A DNA stretch of 64,000 bases from Anthoceros angustus. Its lineage: Eukaryota > Plantae > Anthocerotophyta. Of this stretch, positions 57,617 through 64,000 are shown piece by piece. The DNA lies in contig MU008160.1 of the NCBI GenBank assembly GCA_010909165.1, positions 310,001 through 374,000 of the forward strand, written 5' to 3'. The notes beneath the pieces were generated by a model. It worked only from the letters and a program-made list of their open reading frames with translations, was not told where the DNA came from and searched no databases. The first letter of the stretch is position 1. Each line of letters opens with the position of its first letter. The position numbers were made by a program, and so were the translations under genes.

Positions 57617-58666
57617 ATGGACAAACTGTGGGATGCTCATGTCAGGGGTGAACCAATCAAAATGTTCACTGCCAACTATTATGCAGCATGTGCTGCTGGG
57701 GGAATGCTATCAACTGGTGCCACGCACCTGTTAATAACGCCCCTTGATGTGCTGAAGGTCAACATGCAGGTTTGTTGGCCGCGTTTCTTGTTCTTTGAGG
57801 CTCCTTACGTTCGCAGCAGTAGGGTGTTGGGAAGGTCAATTGTTAACAACTTGTCGATCTCTGGCCAGGTAAATCCCCTGAAGTACAACAGCACTCGCAC
57901 GGGTCTGGGAACTTTATGGCGGGAGCAAGGAATGCCGGGGCTCTGGAGGGGTTGGGGCGGGAAGCTGTGTGGCTACAGTGTGCAGGGTGCTTGTAAGTTT
58001 GGGTTCTATGAATACTTCAAGAAACTGTATTGTGATGTTGTGGGCCCGGTGAACGTGGAACGTCGCAAAACTCCCATCTACATGGCTGCCAGTGCTTCAG
58101 CAACACTCATTGCTGATGTTACATTGTGCCCCTTTGAGGCTGTCAAAGTGCGCGTGCAGACCAGGCCAGGCTACGCCAAGGGGTTGCTCGACGGGTTCCC
58201 AAGAATGTTCAGGTCTGAAGGCATCCTTTCATTTTACAAAGGGCTTGTGCCCCTGTGGGGTCGGAACTTGCCCTTTGCCATGATCATGTTTTCTTCCTTC
58301 GAGCACTCGGTGGATCTCCTGTACACCAAGGTTGTGAGGGTGCCCAGAACGGACTGCTCAAAAGGCACGCAGCTAGGGGTGACATGTGTGGCTGGTTACA
58401 TGTCGGGTATCATGGGAACAATTGTGTCAAATCCTGCTGACAACATCGTCACATATATGTACAAGACCAAGACTCCAGCAACGTTTTCTCAGGCGGCCAA
58501 GGATATTGGGCTGGTTGGACTCTTCACTAGAAGTCTACCTTTGCGGATGATGATAGTCGGGCCCATCGTCGCAAGCCAGTGGTTTGCATATGACACACTG
58601 AAGGTGCTTCTAGGCTTGCCTACCAGTGGCGGGGTCGACCATCATCTGAAGGCATCAGGGGAATAG
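57617..58666 (+). CDS. PHT3: Mitochondrial phosphate carrier (PHT3;3/MPT1-like)
   Basis: YYAACAAGGMLSTGATHLLITPLDVLKVNMQ/VNPLKY, WRGWGGKLCGYSVQGACKFGFYEYFKK, ADVTLCPFEAVKVRVQT, PLWGRNLPF, VSNPADNIV; one in-frame intron about 57770-57868. Confidence 0.93.
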   Translation: MDKLWDAHVRGEPIKMFTANYYAACAAGGMLSTGATHLLITPLDVLKVNMQVCWPRFLFFEAPYVRSSRVLGRSIVNNLSISGQVNPLKYNSTRTGLGTLWREQGMPGLWRGWGGKLCGYSVQGACKFGFYEYFKKLYCDVVGPVNVERRKTPIYMAASASATLIADVTLCPFEAVKVRVQTRPGYAKGLLDGFPRMFRSEGILSFYKGLVPLWGRNLPFAMIMFSSFEHSVDLLYTKVVRVPRTDCSKGTQLGVTCVAGYMSGIMGTIVSNPADNIVTYMYKTKTPATFSQAAKDIGLVGLFTRSLPLRMMIVGPIVASQWFAYDTLKVLLGLPTSGGVDHHLKASGE

Positions 58667-58745
58667 CATGGGAATAGTTCGGTCTGGCATCCGGCCGTCC
58701 AATTCGTTGGAATGCTCTATGGGTTAGCTCAAGTTCTGAGATCCA

Positions 58746-58807
58746 GATCAACGGGAGTTCCCATTCTGCCAAATAGGATCAACGGGAGTTCCCATTCTGC
58801 CAAATAG
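58746..58807. repeat. 31-bp perfect tandem duplication in the 3' flank
   Basis: gatcaacgggagttcccattctgccaaatag x2. Confidence 0.95.
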
Positions 58808-59149
58808 CAACCAATTTTAAGGTAGTACGCTTATTCTCGAGTTCTCAAACGTTCGTCCTCCCACCGCCTTGGGAAGGGATGGCGCCAATACGGATGCCTT
58901 TCATGGATGTAGTGGAAGGCATGAATTGGCTGTTAATCTGCTAGTGCGAGTTTTCACGTCCTAGAGTAGACAGTAGAACCCAAACTTCTACTAGAAGAAT
59001 TAAAATTTCGAACTTGAAATTGACAGTGAGGAAGCGTGGAAAGCTTCCAAAAGGTGTGAACACGACTGTCGCAAAACTTCCGCAACAATCAGGAAAGCCT
59101 CAAACAGGCCAGGTACCTACATCGTCCAACAGGGGCAAGGAACACATCT

Positions 59150-59800
59150 TCAAGCCTTGGGAGCGTCCGGTTGGTTCTTAGGTACAGAGTCGCGCACTTC
59201 AGGAAGCTCATACAAGGCCTGCGCAATGCGCGTCAGTGTCGGAAAGTGACTCATGTCCACCCCAAACCGCTCTGCAGTGGCCAGCTGAGGAATCAGTACA
59301 ACATCCGCCAGAGTAAGCTCGTCTCCGAAGCAATACTTCCCTGCAGACAGTCGCACAATCTCCTCCAGGGCCTTGAACCCGGTACTGATCCAATGCCGGT
59401 TCCAGCGCAGCCGCTCCTCAACCCCAAGCTTCTCCTCCACCCATCGTCCAACCCGCAGATTCTGCAGCGGCTGGATCCCGCTGGAAACCACCGCGACCGC
59501 CTGCCTCACACCCGCCCGCGCTTTCGGATCCCGGGGAAGCAGCGGCCTGGCATCCGGGTACCGCTCCTCCAGAAACTCCAGAATGGCGATGGAGTCGGTG
59601 ATGGCAGCTCCCTCCACCTCCAACACCGGCACCATCCCCAGAGGATTGAGCTTGGCGAAATCATCGCGGAACTGCTCCCCGGTCACGATGTTCACGGCCC
59701 GGTACTCGTACTCCAGGCCCTTGAACGCCAAGGCTAGCCGCGCCCGCCATGCGCACGAGCTCTGCCAGAAGGCATGCAACACTAGCGTCTCTTCCGCCAT
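59150..59800 (-). CDS. GSTZ: Glutathione S-transferase zeta (maleylacetoacetate isomerase), intronless
   Basis: FWQSSCAWRARLAL.FKGLEYEY..VN, LNPLGMVPVL, DS.AILEFLEE.YP, SGIQPLQNL, GKYCFGDELTLADV.LIPQ, KNQPDAP. Confidence 0.95.
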   Translation of the reverse strand: MAEETLVLHAFWQSSCAWRARLALAFKGLEYEYRAVNIVTGEQFRDDFAKLNPLGMVPVLEVEGAAITDSIAILEFLEERYPDARPLLPRDPKARAGVRQAVAVVSSGIQPLQNLRVGRWVEEKLGVEERLRWNRHWISTGFKALEEIVRLSAGKYCFGDELTLADVVLIPQLATAERFGVDMSHFPTLTRIAQALYELPEVRDSVPKNQPDAPKA

Positions 59801-60301
59801 GGACACGCACCAGGCTGTGTGATAATTATGTAATGCCGTTCAAGGTCGATATTCACTTACTACCTAGAAAGAGATTAGGTCCTAGATACGCTTTGGAGAA
59901 GATATGTACACAGGTTAGGTGTACGGTGTTCTCACCGAGTACCTTTCAAAAACTCTCTACAATTTTCTTTAGGAGCGGCGCAAATGTCAATTTAATTCAA
60001 AGTGGTCTCACGCATACAACTCTCCAAGTGGAGTCAAGCATGTCCCTAACTCAAGGACGACACCATAGACCACAAGCCATTACCCTTTCTTACTTAGTCA
60101 ATCCACCTGTCGGAGATTTGATAGTCGAGAATTCGGTTTATGTAATCCACTTGCCAGTGTACTGTTTTGATAGTCCAAGAATATTTCCATATCTAGGATT
60201 AGGGTTTGTTACAATAGGGTTTGCATGGAGTTCACATGAAATGTCTAGATCGGGACCTTGTTTGGTCATGCTTTGGGCTGGACAAGATGCTGCTTGCAGG
60301 G

Positions 60302-60478
60302 GATCCACCATTCATTGTGGGCACATATGTACTTCAAATGTCGAGATCCACCATTCATTGTGGGCACTTATATATTTACTTCAAATGTCAAGATCCACCA
60401 TTCATTGTGGGTACTTAAGTACTTCAAATGTTGAGATCTACCATTCACCGTGGGTACTTATGTACTTCAAATGTCGAG
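60302..60478. repeat. 43-47-bp tandem repeat x4
   Basis: gatc(c/t)accattca(t/c)(t/c)gtggg...tacttcaaatgt at 60302, 60345, 60392 and 60435. Confidence 0.9.
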
Positions 60479-60834
60479 AATCACAAGTGAAAATCCTTAA
60501 CTGGCATGCGCACTATGTGAAATCCCTAAACCAATATCTGCACTGTGTGAAAAAGGATTTTTTAAAACAAGATCCAAAACAAAACCCTAAAGCAGTAGCA
60601 AAGCCAAGGAGGCCAAATGGCTCAGGTGCTCGTCTGGCACAAGTGAACGGGGCCCACAAAACTTATGATATATAGATGTACGGTCAAAGGTCGTATGTGT
60701 ATCCATAAAAGTATATATCATATATAAAACTTGGATTTTGTATCATAGAGAGGCGGAAGAAAAACTCAGTACTCAAATAGGATAATGTGCACGCCATATA
60801 GGTAAAGAGTTGAAGTTTATCGAATAGAAAGAGA

Positions 60835-61042
60835 TCGCGTAAACTTCTCCACTGTAAAAAGGAGGAGAGAGACTTTATGTAGAAAGAAAAGAAATTAAAA
60901 AAATACATCTATACATCGCATAAACTCTTCCACTCTAAAAAGGAAGGGAGAGACTTTATGTAGAAAGAAAAAAAGATGGAAAAAATACATCTATACTGAA
61001 AATAAAAAAATCGAGGCACCAGGCCAAGGGGGACTAAACTCC
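60835..61042 (-). repeat. Diverged third copy of the non-LTR 3' tail, with an about 80-bp internal duplication
   Basis: gactttat...aaagatgg...atctatac...ccaggccaagggggacta shares landmarks with 1097-1200 and 28859-28958. Confidence 0.45.
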
Positions 61043-61313
61043 TCTACTGTAAACACTTTCGAGGTATATCAAGTATAAATTTTAATTTATTTTAATGTGT
61101 TTAGTATAGATAAGAGGATGTGATTAGAGATGGTGTTTGGTCATGATGAAGTGGATAGGTACACACGTTATGGATGTGTAAACCTAAAATCGCCATTCCA
61201 TCGGCGTGTCAAAGTAAAGTGGTTTCTCGAAGCTGATGTTTGGTAGATAGTACTTTTCCTGGTGGAGCGGAAATTGAGAAGCAGAGCAATCGGAGCATAG
61301 TTGCAGCGCGACC

Positions 61314-61769
61314 ATGGTGGCTGTCGCAACTCTTGTTGGCGGTGCGCTGGGGTTCGGTGCGCAGATTATTTCCAATGGCGTCCGGAAGCTTCCGTTGAGC
61401 AGACGTATGCATCCCTGCAGTATACCGCTGGATCTGGCTGATGCATTGGATGGTTTGGAGGTTTTGCTCGAGGAAGCTGGCCTCTAGGGTTTAGAGTACT
61501 GATCATCCCAGTGTTGCTTGCTCAGATCCATGGGAGCACGTTCTGGCATTCGGAGTGGGGGCCTACTTTGCAAATGCTGTGGTGAAGTGGGAAGACAGGG
61601 TGCAAGAACGCCTGGAGGAGGCACTTGAGGAAGCCAGGACTTCTAACAAGAGGCGGTTTCGCGGTACACACTAGCTCTTACCCCAAGCCCTTGTGATTCC
61701 CTTTATTTCGTGGCTTAAACCGAAGGCTTATTATCCTCATTCGGCTCTGCTGCAGAGTTACAGCGGTAA
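61314..61769 (+). CDS. NDUFC2: Mitochondrial complex I accessory subunit B14.5b (NDUFC2 homolog)
   Basis: Three exons (introns 61405-61525, 61664-61755): MVAVATLVGGALGFGAQIISNGVRKLPLSRHPWEHVLAFGVGAYFANAVVKWEDRVQERLEEALEEARTSNKRRFRELQR*, matching the plant RKLP..RHPWEH family. Confidence 0.88.
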
Positions 61770-62399
61770 TCTGGCAGCTGAGTGATATGGTAGTCGAGGC
61801 AAGCATGGCTTGTGAGTAGATCCGCAACCAAGTTTGTCACGGAATTGGTGAAATAGCCTCACGCAGCCATGAATGCTCTCTTTGGACAGTGGAGGTGCCA
61901 GCCAAGCACATGGTTCTCAGTCACGTAGAAGATGCAGTGGGGCATCTGAACGGTTTTGTCGTGCGAGTGAGGGTTTTTGTGTGCAAGCTGCCGTGAAACT
62001 GAGCCTGAGCAAGCAACTGTCACTGCTTCTCCTTCTCGAAAGCCAGAGTCCCCACACACGCAGGAGACACACAGAGACATGACTGCCTCGGGTGCACATA
62101 TGTCGTCTTCTTCCGTCTCTCTGCGAAGATTGTGCCCTCTCATGCCATTTTTGGAATACTCGCTTCTATGGCCTCACGTTGTCTAGGGAGCCGCAGTTCT
62201 CGAAGGATGACCTGAAAATGAATAGAAAATCAATATTTAGGTGGCTTTGTGAACGGCACTGTGAGATTATTAGTCTTTCACTGCACTTTGCAACCTTAAC
62301 GGTAGCTTTCTAGCTTTCTTCTGTAGATTCTGGGCTGCCTAATGGATTCGTGTTGTCCAACACTGTGACCAGGAGGAGGAAATAGAGTGCGAGTCTGTC

Positions 62400-64000
62400 A
62401 TGGCGCAGGCGGACCACCTCCTGGAGCAAGCGTATGACGACTCGGTCCTTCTCGCGAATTCTGAAAGGCGCAGCAGCAGGCTGCCTCTCTCGCACTCCGG
62501 TCCGCTCACGAATGGATTGGGATTGTCTTCCAGACACCACGCCCTGAAGTCCCAGAGTTGCAGGTTCACAGCCCGCCAAGCTGATATTGTGCGGGCACTC
62601 GAGGCTCGGGAGCAGAACAGGAGTTTTGGGCGCCACTCGGACCTTGTCAAGGCCCTCGAGGCCCGGCAGAGGAACAGACTATCGTCACAATCCGGGTCGG
62701 CTACCAGCTCCGGGGCCGCGCCCGGGGAGAAGAGTAACGGAGCTGGTTCTGTTCCCATCGTCACCGTCTCCCAGCCGCAACAGCAACAAGAGCAGGAGGA
62801 AGTTCAAGTGCAAGTGCAAGAGAAGACTGCAGTAGCCCAAGTGCAAGTGCAAGAGAAGACTGCAGCAGCCCAAGTGCAAGTGCAAGAGAAGACTGCAGCA
62901 GTGCAAGTGCAAGTGGAAGAGAAGACTGCAGCAGCCCAAGTGCAAGCGCAGGAGAAGACTGCAGCAGCCCAAGTGCAAGCGCAAGACAAGCCTGCAGCAG
63001 GCCAAGCTCCAGCTCAAGCTCAAGCTCAAGCCGTCGCCGAGCCGCCCAAGGAGCCCAGGAAAAGCAACCTGAAGAGTTCCTCCATCAAGCAACCTGCTGC
63101 TGCAGTATCAGATGCTGCTCCGAGGGGTCGGGTGCTCATTCTCACAGCTCCGGAGTTGGATGTGGATCATCATCCAACAGGCAGCAGGCATCATGTTGAT
63201 GGGGATCACCATGCCCGAGCTTCTCCTTCTCAGCCCCTGGACGCCCGGGTTTCTTCTGCTCAGCCCCTGGACGCCAAGGACGAGAAGGAGGGAGGGGAGG
63301 CCGACTCTGCAGCGCCGGGGCCAGGGTCTGAGTTGCCTCGGCTTTCAGAGACCGCGATGGACCATTCTCTTGCCAGCCCCCTGGACCTGGAACACTCGGA
63401 GCTTCTGGGTGCAGACCTCCAAGCCAGGTTTCAACTGCTGAAAGCCGACCATTACTCGGCATCACCATCGTCCTCTCACACTGGACCACCTCCTGCTTCT
63501 CCTACTTTGACACATCAGGTACAGGCCTTGAGATTTGGTTCAACGGGCCCATTAGTCATCCGGCTTACATCGTCTGGATCTCCGTCTGCTTCTCAGTTGT
63601 CTGCCCGAATAGCGTCTCTCCAGCAGTCGTCAGGTAAAGCTCCTCCCGCCGCTCCTGCTGCTGCTGCTCCTCCTCCTCCTTCTGCTCCCGGTGCTGCGAC
63701 TACTGCATCAACACCTTCACCTCTTCCGCATGCTCCTGCTGTATCTCCTTCTTCGCCTCCATCGGATGATGCCTCCTCTGCAAATACTTGCTGCTCCTGT
63801 CTGCCCTCATGTTTGAAGCAAAAGGATCGCAAGCCTTCAACTGCTGACCCTCTCCCAAAATCTTCTCACCCTTCTCCTTCTCACCCGTCTCCTCCCTCAC
63901 CTTTCCACAAGCAGCTCCAAACGCCTATTGCCACTTCAAACAAACACGTGGCCGTGCCGGCTAAGGAGGAGGAGCCTCACAGGCACGAGGTTGACTCGGC
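62400..64000 (+). CDS. Long low-complexity ORF (over 530 aa) running off the window end; function unknown
   Basis: Stop-free frame from ATG 62400 to the end (absent from the ORF track because there is no stop); six 11-aa QVQVQEKTAAA repeats at 62805-63000; Ser/Pro/Ala-rich. Confidence 0.7.
   Translation, partial: MAQADHLLEQAYDDSVLLANSERRSSRLPLSHSGPLTNGLGLSSRHHALKSQSCRFTARQADIVRALEAREQNRSFGRHSDLVKALEARQRNRLSSQSGSATSSGAAPGEKSNGAGSVPIVTVSQPQQQQEQEEVQVQVQEKTAVAQVQVQEKTAAAQVQVQEKTAAVQVQVEEKTAAAQVQAQEKTAAAQVQAQDKPAAGQAPAQAQAQAVAEPPKEPRKSNLKSSSIKQPAAAVSDAAPRGRVLILTAPELDVDHHPTGSRHHVDGDHHARASPSQPLDARVSSAQPLDAKDEKEGGEADSAAPGPGSELPRLSETAMDHSLASPLDLEHSELLGADLQARFQLLKADHYSASPSSSHTGPPPASPTLTHQVQALRFGSTGPLVIRLTSSGSPSASQLSARIASLQQSSGKAPPAAPAAAAPPPPSAPGAATTASTPSPLPHAPAVSPSSPPSDDASSANTCCSCLPSCLKQKDRKPSTADPLPKSSHPSPSHPSPPSPFHKQLQTPIATSNKHVAVPAKEEEPHRHEVDS

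Noticed and set aside
59749-60675. 308-aa ORF as a real gene
   Set aside because: It runs through a non-triplet-period tandem repeat, overlaps the GSTZ start in antisense, and shows no family motif.
26234-61769. Operon-like cluster of organelle-function genes (YceD, rps3, ferredoxin-like, miaB, CRR7, PHT3, B14.5b)
   Set aside because: Orientations, pathways and target organelles are mixed, and organelle-targeted genes are common enough for this to occur by chance.

Overview
Gene-dense nuclear DNA of a land plant. Very short GT-AG introns, GC-rich exons, tiny intergenic gaps, decayed PLS-type PPR genes and a nuclear copy of mitochondrial rps3 point to a lycophyte such as Selaginella (inference). 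Bases 1-15.2k are mostly repeats: a tRNA-Gly gene, a possible tRNA-headed SINE, a Uma2-like nuclease pseudogene, a PPR pseudogene, and a Ty3/Gypsy chromovirus-type LTR element split by an unclassified 2.38-kb TIR element with a 4-bp TSD. Bases 15.4k-64k hold about 20 genes with AT-rich repeat islands at about 27.7-30.9k, 46.9-50.5k and 59.9-61.1k. The genes are a bacterial-type PqqB-like metallo-beta-lactamase, TatD, SCAR/WAVE, DUF177/YceD, rps3, DUF639, a 2Fe-2S ferredoxin-like protein, a DTW protein, anthranilate phosphoribosyltransferase, cyanobacterial-type MiaB, a VQ protein, a TPR protein, a PP2 lectin with an acidic repeat insert, CRR7, a mitochondrial phosphate carrier, GST zeta, complex I B14.5b and unknown ORFs. 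Many otherwise conserved genes carry 1-2 bp indels at homopolymers, typical of unpolished long reads, so pseudogene calls based on frameshifts alone are unsafe. Homology calls come from motif recognition by eye, not database searches. Top leads: the intronless PqqB-like gene (HGT candidate), the TIR element, the SINE sharing its tail with an RLE-type non-LTR remnant, and the Uma2-like nuclease.
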